Source: Methanobacteriota archaeon (GTDB taxonomy: Archaea > Thermoplasmatota > Poseidoniia > Poseidoniales > Poseidoniaceae). Taken from it: a DNA stretch of 64,000 bases. Both the position numbers and the translations under genes were made by a program. Under the pieces are notes generated by a model. That model ran no database searches. It was not told where the DNA came from and saw nothing but the letters and a program-made list of their open reading frames with translations. Every line of letters starts with the position of its first letter. Within the stretch, counting starts at the first letter, position 1. Location: NCBI GenBank assembly GCA_018659375.1, contig JABJMO010000002.1:76373-140372 (forward strand). Reading direction: 5' to 3'. Shown one piece after another: positions 29,723 through 40,015 of the stretch.

Positions 29723-30547
29723 TTAAAACCAACTAAGCCAAGCTAACATAATTAGCATGCCTGAAGAGATAGCCAAGGCATTGACGCCACCTTTGGTTAA
29801 CAGTCCACGGTTTTCAAACCAGGCCCCTAGTAAACTATCGATTTGACAGCCAATCCAACCTATGACAATAACTGCTATAGCAAGGTTGAAGCCGTAGGTA
29901 AACGTTTCATCTGGATTAATTAGTAACCATGCTCCAATTGTCATCACTGCGATAATTACTGAACCAATTAGTGCTGCTAACTGTCCAGTTTTGGAAAACC
30001 CTCCGTTTACTCCCGGTTCACATTTATTGAGAGTTGTAATCATTCTCACATTTTCATCAAGGCATCCAAATTCGCTGGCAAAAGTATCAGCAGCAGCAAC
30101 CGAGACAGCAGCGCCAAACATCCAAATGCCATATTCCCACTGTTCTGTCAAAAAGGCACCAGTTGCGACCAAGGCTGGAATACTACCGTTGGCAAATACA
30201 TTTACCCAACCCCGATGTCCATCATCACTTTCTGACATATTTTTGGCTTTTTTCTCTTCAAACTTCCATTTGGTGGCAAGATGAGAAAATACCAAGAAAG
30301 AAAGTAGAATAAGTAACCAACTCCAGTGGCCTAAAACACCTACTAGTAGACCAACAAATACCGCTGAAGCAACTCCAGCTGTATCCAAGAAGCGAGCCTT
30401 AGTGGACGCAATCACCAAAATCAACATTATCATTGAAGTGACAAACAAGTTACCTTGATTTATCCCCTCACTTAGATAATCCATAGTTATCCCCACACTC
30501 CAGTGCGGAAAGGTTTGTTTAAATCTGCTTCCCCAATATTGGCACAA
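29723..30547 (-). CDS. DUF92/TMEM19 (COG1836) family integral membrane protein, VTE6 phytyl-phosphate-kinase-like
   Basis: AADTFASEFG and QIDSLLGA motifs characteristic of DUF92. Polytopic. The start may be Met22 (30484). Confidence 0.6.
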   Translation of the reverse strand: MCQYWGSRFKQTFPHWSVGITMDYLSEGINQGNLFVTSMIMLILVIASTKARFLDTAGVASAVFVGLLVGVLGHWSWLLILLSFLVFSHLATKWKFEEKKAKNMSESDDGHRGWVNVFANGSIPALVATGAFLTEQWEYGIWMFGAAVSVAAADTFASEFGCLDENVRMITTLNKCEPGVNGGFSKTGQLAALIGSVIIAVMTIGAWLLINPDETFTYGFNLAIAVIVIGWIGCQIDSLLGAWFENRGLLTKGGVNALAISSGMLIMLAWLSWF

Positions 30548-30553
30548 AAAGCA

Positions 30554-32005
30554 CTATTCTGTAGTGATATTGGTTTCTTCAAGAGCGTAGGGAACCAGTC
30601 TCCGTAATATAATCCACAATAGGACAATTAACGTGATTATTGTCAGAATATTGGCTATTACTTGTATCAAGAGCGATGAATTCTGTAGAATTACGCTAGT
30701 TAACCATAATGATCCGTTCCATAAAGAATGGCATATTATTGCGATCAATATGGCTTTGACAGGTTTGTCAGTCATTGTAATCATCTTGTCTTGACCAGCA
30801 GAAAGCCATTTAGGGATTGATTTTTGTCCAATTTCACTTTTTGAAGAAATCATAGGTTGGCCTGATTTTTTGTTGAATAAAATCCATTGACTCTCTAAGT
30901 TACTGTTTGATTTGTCAAAAACACCTACACTCATTTTATTCCATCGCTGTTTAATTACGTAGCAACCGATAGCATAACCGGTGATTCCAGTCCATGTAGC
31001 ATGGCCTGGAATTGAACCAATTGCTCTTAAAATGGCTGTGAAAACAAAACTAATTGCAGCCCCTTCACCGGTAAATAAAGCACCAAGGATATAGATCATA
31101 TTTTCAAGAAGAGCAAAACCAAGGCCCACTGAAAAACCAATTTGGAAGCCACGTTTTGGTGAGTCAATAAATCTGGCAAGAAATAACACAGCACAGGCTT
31201 TAGATAATTCCTCACCAATAGGCGCAGAAAGGAATAGAATCATCCCATAACCAAGGCTATATTCATCAGTAATAGATAGCCCAAACATGTTGATGATTAT
31301 TGGTGAGATAAGCGAATTTATCGCTAAGGCAGGAAGTGTCGATAACATTCCAGCAATTAACATCCATTCTCCTTGCCTTCTTGTGGTTCTAAGTCCAAAA
31401 TATTCGTTTGAAGTTGACCACCAAGCAAATACTGGAGTTGAAAATCCAATAACCCACGCAGGCAAAGCGATAATTAAGAATAATAAGATTGCAGTAGTTT
31501 CCAACCCCAGCACCAACAATGGAGCCATGAATATCGCTGAAATAATGGTGCCAATAATGAAAATAATCCACAGGTGACTAAACTTAGGCATCTCTAGAGG
31601 TGCTGTATTGTGAATAAGATGGTGTTGTAGAATCGTCTGATGTGGTGTTTGAATCAATGTCCCAGGAGTTATATAATGTGCATTGCTACCGTTATTGTTG
31701 GTTTCAAGTCTAACAATATGAGCCAACTTTGGCTTTCTCATGACTAAAAATAATAGTAAGAAAGGTGTTGAACACAGGGTTCCAAAAATCACCATAAGCG
31801 GGTCCATTGGGCCAAGGTCACCATCCAAGTCACTATCCAAAAATCCGGATATTACAAGAACAAAAATTTGGACGAAGAAAAAGACTACGATTACCAAAAT
31901 TAACATTGAAAATATAGTTTTCCAAGGTGATGACTTTTGTGATAAATAGAGATTCTTTGGCGCTGGAGAAAGTCCGGTTTGAGGTACTCCTTGCATATTT
32001 CTCAC
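30554..32005 (-). CDS. PrsW-family intramembrane metalloprotease with extended N-terminal membrane domain
   Basis: PIGEELSK (EExxK), GFALLEN, GHATWTG and CHSLWN motifs within TM helices. Confidence 0.6.
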   Translation of the reverse strand: MRNMQGVPQTGLSPAPKNLYLSQKSSPWKTIFSMLILVIVVFFFVQIFVLVISGFLDSDLDGDLGPMDPLMVIFGTLCSTPFLLLFLVMRKPKLAHIVRLETNNNGSNAHYITPGTLIQTPHQTILQHHLIHNTAPLEMPKFSHLWIIFIIGTIISAIFMAPLLVLGLETTAILLFLIIALPAWVIGFSTPVFAWWSTSNEYFGLRTTRRQGEWMLIAGMLSTLPALAINSLISPIIINMFGLSITDEYSLGYGMILFLSAPIGEELSKACAVLFLARFIDSPKRGFQIGFSVGLGFALLENMIYILGALFTGEGAAISFVFTAILRAIGSIPGHATWTGITGYAIGCYVIKQRWNKMSVGVFDKSNSNLESQWILFNKKSGQPMISSKSEIGQKSIPKWLSAGQDKMITMTDKPVKAILIAIICHSLWNGSLWLTSVILQNSSLLIQVIANILTIITLIVLLWIILRRLVPYALEETNITTE

Positions 32006-32482
32006 AATAAGGATGAGGTCTGATCAAATCGTTTTGTCCCGCTCAGTTCGCCCATCACTCGTCACTGAAAAAAATCAGCAGTCGGCTAAAGCATTCATCA
32101 CTGCGGGGTTTGGCCTGTTTGTGGTATGTCATGAAGTAATCGCTTCAATAGAAATAAACATGCCTTTTTATCATTAATCCATCGAAAGTCGGAATATGGG
32201 GATTAAGGAATACCTATTTGCTCCAAGACTAGACCATCGTGGCTGGTCAACACCAAGTGAAGCCTCAAGGCTGTTTTTCATAATAGCAATGATTGGTTGT
32301 GGGATTTGGTCTTGGGACTTATCGCAATCCAATATTATAGTATTCCTGTGCCTACTTATGTTGACTTCTACTCCAATACTATCTTTTGGTTGGTGGTTAA
32401 TTTCTATAGTTAGTAAAGGCATAGAGCCAAGAGTTCTAACTGAATCAGTCAACAATTTAGACAAGAGTAAGAAGTTACCTAT

Positions 32483-34117
32483 TCACTCTTTTAGGAAGCC
32501 ATAAGTCCACTCATGCGGCGGAGCGAATGTCTCTTTGATTGACCTTGGACTTACCCACCTTAACAGATTTAGTGGTGAGCCAGCTTTGTCATTAGTACCA
32601 CTACCTCTTGCACCTCCAAATGGTTGCTGACCGACAACAGCACCGGTTGGTTTGTCGTTGATGTAGAAATTTCCTGATGAATATCTCAAAGCAGCCATTG
32701 CAGTAAGAACATCTTCACGATTTGCCGCAAAGATAGAACCTGTTAGTGCGTATTGGGAAGTCGAATCACAAACTTTCAAGATATTCTCAAAGTCATAGTC
32801 AGGGTATACGTGAATAGATAATACAGGACCAAATATTTCCTCCGCCATTGATTCATATCGAGGGTCATTGCAAACAATGGTTGTTGGTCGGATGAAGTAT
32901 CCTGTAGAATCGTCATATGTGCCACCTGTGATTACTTCGCAACCAGTATCTTGTTTGGCTCGCTCAATATATCCAACAATGTTGTCAAAGGATTTTTTGT
33001 CTATGACTGCAGACATAAAATTGGAGAAGTCCTTGGGATCTCCAACAGTTATACTAGCAACTTGTTCGATGTAATTATCCTTAATAGATTCCCAAACAGA
33101 TTCAGGAATGTATGCTCTACTAGCAGCGCTACATTTTTGACCTTGGAATTCAAATGCTCCTCTAATTAAAGCAACAGTTAACGCCTCTTTGTCACATTTT
33201 GGATGTGCTACAATGAAATCTTTGCCTCCAGTTTCACCAACTATTCTTGGATATGAGCGTAGATTCTCTAGATTATTAGCAACATCTTTCCACATTTGTC
33301 TAAATACTGATGTTGAGCCAGTAAAGTGGATTCCAGCCAGCATTGGGTGGGATAGACAAGTATCTCCTACCATGCTTGCCTTACCAGGTATGAAATTGAT
33401 TACTCCGTCTGGTAATCCTGCATCCATCATGAGTTGCATCAGGTAGTAATTTGACAAGTAAGAATTTCTGCTTGGCTTCCAAACTCCAGTATTTCCCATG
33501 ATTGCTGTAGATGATGGAAGATTAGCCGCAATACTGCTGAAATTAAATGGAGTGACTGAGAAAACAAAACCTTCCAAAGGCCTTATTTCGCTGGAATTCC
33601 ACATGCCAGATGAGGATACGGGAGGTTGTAGGTCTTCGTATATTTCTCTCGCATATTGAACATTAAATCGCCAAAAGTCAATTAATTCACATGCAGAGTC
33701 AATTTCTGCTTGATGACAGGTTTTTGACTGGTTAATCATTGTACTTGCGTTGATTTTGGCGCGATATTCTCCTTTTAGCAACTCACTTGCCTTGAGAAAT
33801 ATAGCACCTCTGGCTTCCCATGGCATTGTTGACCATGAATCATGAGCATTCAATGCAGCATCAATGGCATCAGCAACTTCTTTTTCTCCAGCCATATGCA
33901 CTCTAGCAATAACATGGCTGTGATTGTGTGGCATAACCTGTTCTACGACGTTATCAGTGTAGACTTCTACTCCATTTATGATGCACGGTATTTCCACAAC
34001 TTGTGCGGATTGTCTTGACAATTCAGCTTTGAGTTCTGTGCGTTCTTTACTACCCGGGAGATATCCTAAAACTGGTTCATTAACCGGTGTTGGCGGGGTT
34101 GGTACATTATTCACCAT
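32483..34117 (-). CDS. 1-pyrroline-5-carboxylate (L-glutamate gamma-semialdehyde) dehydrogenase
   Basis: 544-aa ALDH4-type aldehyde dehydrogenase. VGETGGKDF and the catalytic FEFQGQKCSAASR. Confidence 0.88.
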   Translation of the reverse strand: MVNNVPTPPTPVNEPVLGYLPGSKERTELKAELSRQSAQVVEIPCIINGVEVYTDNVVEQVMPHNHSHVIARVHMAGEKEVADAIDAALNAHDSWSTMPWEARGAIFLKASELLKGEYRAKINASTMINQSKTCHQAEIDSACELIDFWRFNVQYAREIYEDLQPPVSSSGMWNSSEIRPLEGFVFSVTPFNFSSIAANLPSSTAIMGNTGVWKPSRNSYLSNYYLMQLMMDAGLPDGVINFIPGKASMVGDTCLSHPMLAGIHFTGSTSVFRQMWKDVANNLENLRSYPRIVGETGGKDFIVAHPKCDKEALTVALIRGAFEFQGQKCSAASRAYIPESVWESIKDNYIEQVASITVGDPKDFSNFMSAVIDKKSFDNIVGYIERAKQDTGCEVITGGTYDDSTGYFIRPTTIVCNDPRYESMAEEIFGPVLSIHVYPDYDFENILKVCDSTSQYALTGSIFAANREDVLTAMAALRYSSGNFYINDKPTGAVVGQQPFGGARGSGTNDKAGSPLNLLRWVSPRSIKETFAPPHEWTYGFLKE

Positions 34118-34153
34118 GAGCAGGCGTGTAGCAGCCGTCTATTGAATTTCACT

Positions 34154-34714
34154 CTAGTATAAGTGAGCAAATTTTTGGCGTATCTTTGAGATTTTCGGGC
34201 CTACAACTGCCATGCAGTACCCTTGACTAGGATTTCTGTCATAGTAATCGTGATGATATTTTTCAGCTATTACAAAATTGATCGGTTCTTCGATTATAGT
34301 GACAATTTCTCTGTCAAAGTAATCTTGCATTTCAACAATTTTACTCCTCGCAACTGCTGCTTGATTTTCATCTAATGGCATTATGCAACTTCTGTACTGA
34401 GTGCCAATATCATTTCCCTGTCGGTTCAATTGTGTTGGGTCATGGACGGTGAAAAAGATGTCTAAAATTGTTGGGTAATCGATTATTTTGGGGTTATAAA
34501 TAATTTCAACAATTTCTGCATGACCTGTTTTTCCTGAGCATACTGACTTGTAGTTGGGTTTCTTATCAGGCCCTCCAGCATATGCTGGTAGAGCAGATTC
34601 TATACCTTTCATTCTTTTGTAGGCTCCTTCTGTACACCAAAAACACCCTCCACCGAGTAAGGCTCTTTCCATGGCTGGTGTACACAGTGATAAGTTATCA
34701 AGCCTCGTTTCCAA
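34154..34714 (-). CDS. msrA: peptide-methionine (S)-S-oxide reductase
   Basis: GGGCFWCTE active-site motif and MsrA-length protein. Confidence 0.9.
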   Translation of the reverse strand: METRLDNLSLCTPAMERALLGGGCFWCTEGAYKRMKGIESALPAYAGGPDKKPNYKSVCSGKTGHAEIVEIIYNPKIIDYPTILDIFFTVHDPTQLNRQGNDIGTQYRSCIMPLDENQAAVARSKIVEMQDYFDREIVTIIEEPINFVIAEKYHHDYYDRNPSQGYCMAVVGPKISKIRQKFAHLY

Positions 34715-34774
34715 CTGTTGTAAAACTCACCTAGTAAAACATTAATTGAAATACCAAATTCCTTCCCCCGAGCC

Positions 34775-37111
34775 ATGGACTGGTCAACGGACCCAAAGAT
34801 GCTAGAAGGTAGAGCCTTTTACAAACTGGGCGAATCGATTTTCGATCACAAAAGGAAGGTCCTAGTTATTGGAATTTTATCGTGTATGTTGTTAGGATCG
34901 TTAATCTCTATGGGTCCAAATTGGGCCGAGTCTTGGGGTGAAGGTGATTTGGAATCTGTAGAAGCAGGTGATCTCAAGGACAGCGCTTTTGCTTCTGAGG
35001 AAGAAGGAGTTGAGAGGTTCACGCTGTTAATCAATCATCCAACATTAGACGACTCGTCCCCCATATGGCAGCAAGCTGTGACCGATGCGCTAGCAGACTT
35101 CATTGAAATGGAGGATGTCGCAATTGAATACTCTTGGGATACAACAGGCGACAAGAGAGACAAATTTATTGTTGAAGATGAAGATGGTTTTTGGGCCAAA
35201 AACGTCGTAACAATTTACCTTGACAGGAAAGATGCAAAACAACTGTATTCTGATAACTGGGAAGATATTGATGTTGATGATGAATTCAATTCTTGGAGAA
35301 CTGGCGGAATTGCCATAGATGTGATATTTGACACTAGAATACAAGATGATTTAATCAAGGCTGAGATTATTTCTGGCCCGCTATCAATAATTATTTTGGG
35401 TATCGTCTTTGGTACAGTAGTGGCAGCATTATTGCCTATAGGTGTTGCAGTTTTGACAGTCATTTCTGCAATGGGAGTTACTATTTGGCTTTCAAACGTA
35501 ACAGATGTTACCCAATACGCTCTAAACATAATTACCTTGATTGGGATTGGTGTTTCAGTTGACTACTCGTTATTTATTGTTAATCGGTTTAGAGAGGAAC
35601 TAAACCAGGGCAGGGACATCAGAACTTCGACTGCAATCTCAGTCGCAACTGCAGGTAAAGCCATATTCTTCAGTGGAATAACTGTAGCAATTGGCCTAAT
35701 GGGTATGTTATTCTTTGAAAATACGGGATTGCCAAGCTTAGGAATAGGGGGTACCCTATCAGTGAGTATCGCAATGGTATTTTCAGTAATAGTGTTACCT
35801 GCAATCTTGGCTATGCTCGGACACCGGGTTTTCAAGGGTAAAATACCGTTTTCATTTAGTACTGAAAACGAAAAAGAAGACGGCGCTTGGGCCAAAATCG
35901 CCAACACTGTAATGGCTCGCCCGTGGGCAGTTCTCATACCCACATTAGTAATCTTGTTAGGCGCAGGTTTGCCATTTTTACAAGCAGATTTTTCAATAGC
36001 ATCCCGAGACGCATTGCCTCCGGATGACGAGACAAGAATCGGTTTCGAACTAATGGATGAAAAATGGCCAGAAGAAGCAGTTAATGCGGCTATGATTGTA
36101 ATTGATTTTGATGGTCAAGACCCACTTCAAGAAAGTAATTTACTTGCAGTGCATCGTTGGATGGTAAATTACATCGAGGAAGACAGGGTACTCGACGGTT
36201 TTGGTTATGCGTTACCAAACTCCAGTATGAATGAATCAGAAGTTCTAGAATTTTGGCAAACTCCAGATGAATTTCTGGATAACGAAACTTTAGCAACCAG
36301 AGAATATGTTCGTGCCCAATTTTTGTCTGATAATATTACTTACCTAGTATTTTCACTTGATGGTTCAATCACTGGTGAAACAAGTAGAGAGTTTGTTTCA
36401 GATTTAAGATCAGATCGTTCAGAGCTGCTCGAGGAACTAAACATCGGTGATGATGGAGTCTTGAAAGTTGCAGGATTTGCTGCATATAGTTTGGATGTAT
36501 TAGATGCTATTATCGAAAATCTTCCAATTGCTTTAGCATTCATTCTAATTGCTACCATGGTGCTCATATTTATTCAGGTAAGAAGTGTAATAATTCCAAT
36601 TAAAGCCATCATAATGAATATTTTATCAATTTCGGCATCTTTTGGAATGTTAGTCTTTGTTTTCCAGTGGGGTTATGGGGCAGATTTGCTAAACTTCACA
36701 CCTCAACCAATCGAAACCACCAATCCAATAATCATGTTCTGTATCGTATTTGGTCTGTCTATGGATTATGAGGTTCTAATGTTGTCAAGAATTCATGAGG
36801 AATGGGAGCGAACAGGAGATAACACATTGGCAGTAGCTAACGGTTTACAGAAGACAGGTAGACTAATCACCGGTGCTGCTGCTATTATGGTTGTAGTATT
36901 CAGTGCCTTTGGATTATCATCGATTGTGATTTTGAAACAAATCGGTTTTGGCCTGGCTTTAGCGATTTTAATTGATGCCACAATTGTTAGAGCGCTAGTT
37001 GTGCCAGCAACTATGAGGCTGATGGGCAAAGCAAATTGGTGGTCACCAAAATGGTTGGATAATTTGTTCCCATCAAGACCACATGAAGTATCAGACAAGT
37101 CAGAAGAGTAA
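34775..37111 (+). CDS. MMPL/RND-superfamily transporter
   Basis: Two repeats, each a large loop followed by 5-6 TM helices. GIGVSVDYSLFIVNRFREEL and GLSMDYEVLMLSRIHEEW are MMPL hallmark segments. Confidence 0.85.
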   Translation: MDWSTDPKMLEGRAFYKLGESIFDHKRKVLVIGILSCMLLGSLISMGPNWAESWGEGDLESVEAGDLKDSAFASEEEGVERFTLLINHPTLDDSSPIWQQAVTDALADFIEMEDVAIEYSWDTTGDKRDKFIVEDEDGFWAKNVVTIYLDRKDAKQLYSDNWEDIDVDDEFNSWRTGGIAIDVIFDTRIQDDLIKAEIISGPLSIIILGIVFGTVVAALLPIGVAVLTVISAMGVTIWLSNVTDVTQYALNIITLIGIGVSVDYSLFIVNRFREELNQGRDIRTSTAISVATAGKAIFFSGITVAIGLMGMLFFENTGLPSLGIGGTLSVSIAMVFSVIVLPAILAMLGHRVFKGKIPFSFSTENEKEDGAWAKIANTVMARPWAVLIPTLVILLGAGLPFLQADFSIASRDALPPDDETRIGFELMDEKWPEEAVNAAMIVIDFDGQDPLQESNLLAVHRWMVNYIEEDRVLDGFGYALPNSSMNESEVLEFWQTPDEFLDNETLATREYVRAQFLSDNITYLVFSLDGSITGETSREFVSDLRSDRSELLEELNIGDDGVLKVAGFAAYSLDVLDAIIENLPIALAFILIATMVLIFIQVRSVIIPIKAIIMNILSISASFGMLVFVFQWGYGADLLNFTPQPIETTNPIIMFCIVFGLSMDYEVLMLSRIHEEWERTGDNTLAVANGLQKTGRLITGAAAIMVVVFSAFGLSSIVILKQIGFGLALAILIDATIVRALVVPATMRLMGKANWWSPKWLDNLFPSRPHEVSDKSEE

Positions 37112-37153
37112 ACAGATGGCAATCTCTATACATTATCTCATTGAGAGAAAGTT

Positions 37154-38404
37154 ATGACCGACCCAGTCTACAGTCCAGATGGAAATTACATTTGGAGCGG
37201 TGCAGAGTGGATACCAGCACCACCAAAAAGTAATCAAATTTTGAACCTAAAAGATTCGGTAATTGGTGGAGACGTTGTTCACAATACGGTAATCAACAAT
37301 GATGTTGATGCGGTAACAAATGCTGTAATTACTGCTCTACAACGCCTTGGAATGGTCAACAAAGATGAAACAACTTCCCAAATTGAGGAAATCATAGATA
37401 TGCCGATTTTGGCTAAATTAGAAGTTGGAATGCATGTCGAATATTTCAGTCCAACTAATGAGCGTTGGCTGGATAGGTGTACAATAACTAGGGTTAATCG
37501 CGATGGAAGTTATGATGTTGATGTTCCTAAAACCAGTGGTATAGAATCAAAGCAAAATTTGGATATTGGTGAAGAGCCAAGCAATATTCGTCGCGCTGAT
37601 GATGCTTTGAACAAAGGGGATAGAGTCCTAGTAAATTGGAAGGACTATGGTACTTTTTTCCCTGGTGTAATTGCTGAGGTACAACCTCATCACACATACA
37701 TGATACACTTTGATGATGGTGATGTGGAATCAAGAGTTCCTCCTTCTAGAATTGCCAAGCAAGCAGATTCACAAGCAACACAAGATTATGTTGAGCAAAT
37801 TTCTCAAGAAGAACAAGAACTAATTCAATCATTCAAAGTATTTGATGAGGGCAACACCGGAACTATCCATGCCAGTAAAATGTTCAAAATACTCACAGAA
37901 ATGGGTGATCCACTCGATATTTCTGAAGCAGAGGAAATGTTCTATGAAATGGGTATTTCACTTGATTCTGAAATAAACTACAAAGAATTAGCTAAAATCA
38001 TGGTTCGACCTTTTGGAACGAAATCTGAAGTTATAATCCAAGATGCCGAAATAACAGGTAATTCATTACACGGTTTTGTTTATGCGCATCCCATGCTGGG
38101 CGACGCTCAACTAAAATCTTCTGATATCCTGAAGATAAGTTATGATAATCACGCAACTGCGAGAGTTGAGACAAATAATACAATCTACATTGTTGGCCCA
38201 ACTGGTTGGAGAATTAGACCAAATGACCATCCGTTTAACAAACCAGATTACACTACAGGCCAACAAGTAAAAATTGAATGGAGAGGTAGTTGGTGGGACG
38301 GATTGATTCGTGAAGTAAGGGGAGATAAGTACCTAATCCACTACACTGGGTTTGATTCTAGTTGGGATGAACTAGTAGATGAGAGCAGAATTAGCAATCG
38401 TTAA
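37154..38404 (+). CDS. multi-domain protein: three Tudor/Agenet-like modules plus an EF-hand-like pair
   Basis: Tudor-like segments at about 37415-37528, 37610-37756 (GDRVLVNWKDYGTFFPGVIAEV..HTYMIHFDDGD.E.V) and 38252-38392 (GQQVKIEWRGSWWDGLIREVRGDKYLIHYTGFD). EF-hand-like pair at about 37805-38008 (FKVFDEGNTGTIHASKMFKILTEMGDPLDISEAEEMF...INYKELAKIM). Confidence 0.6.
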   Translation: MTDPVYSPDGNYIWSGAEWIPAPPKSNQILNLKDSVIGGDVVHNTVINNDVDAVTNAVITALQRLGMVNKDETTSQIEEIIDMPILAKLEVGMHVEYFSPTNERWLDRCTITRVNRDGSYDVDVPKTSGIESKQNLDIGEEPSNIRRADDALNKGDRVLVNWKDYGTFFPGVIAEVQPHHTYMIHFDDGDVESRVPPSRIAKQADSQATQDYVEQISQEEQELIQSFKVFDEGNTGTIHASKMFKILTEMGDPLDISEAEEMFYEMGISLDSEINYKELAKIMVRPFGTKSEVIIQDAEITGNSLHGFVYAHPMLGDAQLKSSDILKISYDNHATARVETNNTIYIVGPTGWRIRPNDHPFNKPDYTTGQQVKIEWRGSWWDGLIREVRGDKYLIHYTGFDSSWDELVDESRISNR

Positions 38405-38445
38405 TCTAAACATGTGCTTATATCCTAACCAAGTAACCCTAAAGC

Positions 38446-39999
38446 ATGTCTAAAGAACCAGTAATCAAGAAGTGGTTCTTTGTTTGTTATGACCAATTAA
38501 ATCACGATTTATTCCCGTGGTCTTTCGGCAATCGTGCAGAAAACGGTCTAATTTTTATCGAATCGAAAATTAAAGGTGACTCGTTAAACTATCACCAACA
38601 AAAATTAGCATTATTACTCTCTAACATGCGACATTTTGCCAAAGAGTCAGAAGATTTAGGCCATCCGGTAAGGTATTACCACACTGATGGTAATTACTCT
38701 GATTTGTTGACAGAAATAACTAGTCAGTTAGGACCAATAAATTTGGTCGAGCCTGCGGAGAGGAGCATGCGAATGGAAGTTAAACCGCTAGTAGAAAGGG
38801 AGAGACTGCAAGTGCACCAACATGATGGATGGTTGACAAAGCGTGATTGGTTTAGCGAAACAGTTGGCACAGAGCCTCCGTTTAGAATGGACAGATTCTA
38901 CAAGAGAGTAAGAAAAGAAACCGGCGTTTTGATGCAAGATGGGAAACCAATGGGCGGTAAATTTAGCTTTGATGCTGAGAATCGTTTGCCATGGAAAGGC
39001 GACCCTGAGACACAATCCGACATTGACTTCGAAGTTGACCAAATCGATATGGAGGTAATGGAACTAGTTAGGTCAAAGTTTGCTGATCACCCAGGTAATT
39101 GCGATCTTAGTAAGGTCCCAACTACCTTAGAACAAAATCACCAGTTGCTAAAATGGGCTATGGACAATATGCAATATTTTGGCCCATATGAAGATGCAAT
39201 GAGTTCTAAAAGCCGGTTTTTATTCCATTCAAAATTAGCGATATCGACCAATCTCTCAAGACTATCAGCCAAAGAGATAGTAGATTCTGCTTTAATGACA
39301 GGAGCTCCATTAAATTGTCTTGAAGGATTTTATCGACAACTAATTTGGCGTGAATATGTTAAGCATGTTCATGATGTTACCGACGGTTTTCGGTCCCTAG
39401 AAGTATATGATATTCAATCTAATCAACCAAACTTCTTGCAACAAAACAATCCCCTGCCTGATGCCTTTTGGGGGAAGAAATCAGGATTTAATTGCTTGGA
39501 TACAGTAGTTGAATCGGTTATGGATGAGGGGTGGACCCATCACATTCCAAGATTGATGGTGTTGAGTAATTTTGCCAGCTTATTAGATATCAATCCAAGA
39601 AAACTGACTACATGGTTTCATGAAGCCTTTATCGATGCTTATGACTGGGTGGTTGAGCCAAATGTGCTTGGCATGGGCACCTATTCTTTAGGCTCTGCAA
39701 TGATGACTAAACCCTACGTTTCGGGTACTCCATACATCAACAAAATGTCAGATTACTGTAAAAGTTGTAAATTCAACCCGAAAAAAGATTGCAAGGTTTC
39801 AAATCTTTATTGGGCATTTCTCGAGCGACATAAGGATTCATTCGAGGGAAATATTAGGATGGCTATGCCACTTCGAAGTCTAGCAAAGCGCAGTGATGAC
39901 AAGAAGCGAGCAGATATAGAAGCATTTCAGGACATAAATGAGGCATTGACTAACGGCCAAGAATATCTGCCATACGTTGAGATGAAACCATTAATCTAG
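38446..39999 (+). CDS. FeS-BCP type cryptochrome/photolyase family protein (COG3046, (6-4) photolyase-like)
   Basis: NCLEGFYRQLIWREY and SDYCKSCKFNPKKDCKVSNLYWAFL supply the four Fe-S cysteines. The overall layout is that of the PhrB/CryB class. Confidence 0.82.
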   Translation: MSKEPVIKKWFFVCYDQLNHDLFPWSFGNRAENGLIFIESKIKGDSLNYHQQKLALLLSNMRHFAKESEDLGHPVRYYHTDGNYSDLLTEITSQLGPINLVEPAERSMRMEVKPLVERERLQVHQHDGWLTKRDWFSETVGTEPPFRMDRFYKRVRKETGVLMQDGKPMGGKFSFDAENRLPWKGDPETQSDIDFEVDQIDMEVMELVRSKFADHPGNCDLSKVPTTLEQNHQLLKWAMDNMQYFGPYEDAMSSKSRFLFHSKLAISTNLSRLSAKEIVDSALMTGAPLNCLEGFYRQLIWREYVKHVHDVTDGFRSLEVYDIQSNQPNFLQQNNPLPDAFWGKKSGFNCLDTVVESVMDEGWTHHIPRLMVLSNFASLLDINPRKLTTWFHEAFIDAYDWVVEPNVLGMGTYSLGSAMMTKPYVSGTPYINKMSDYCKSCKFNPKKDCKVSNLYWAFLERHKDSFEGNIRMAMPLRSLAKRSDDKKRADIEAFQDINEALTNGQEYLPYVEMKPLI

Positions 40000-40015
40000 T
40001 CTGGGTGGAACGTTC

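Noticed and set aside
32174-32504. Overlapping ORFs 32174-32464(-) and 32196-32504(+) in the gap between the PrsW-like and P5C dehydrogenase genes
   Set aside because: I cannot decide by eye. The plus ORF looks like a 2-TM peptide (five Trp) but runs against both neighbours and into the P5CDH 3' end. The minus ORF is co-directional with its neighbours but needs a TTG start and has no recognisable motif. Neither is called. This needs conservation or codon-usage analysis.
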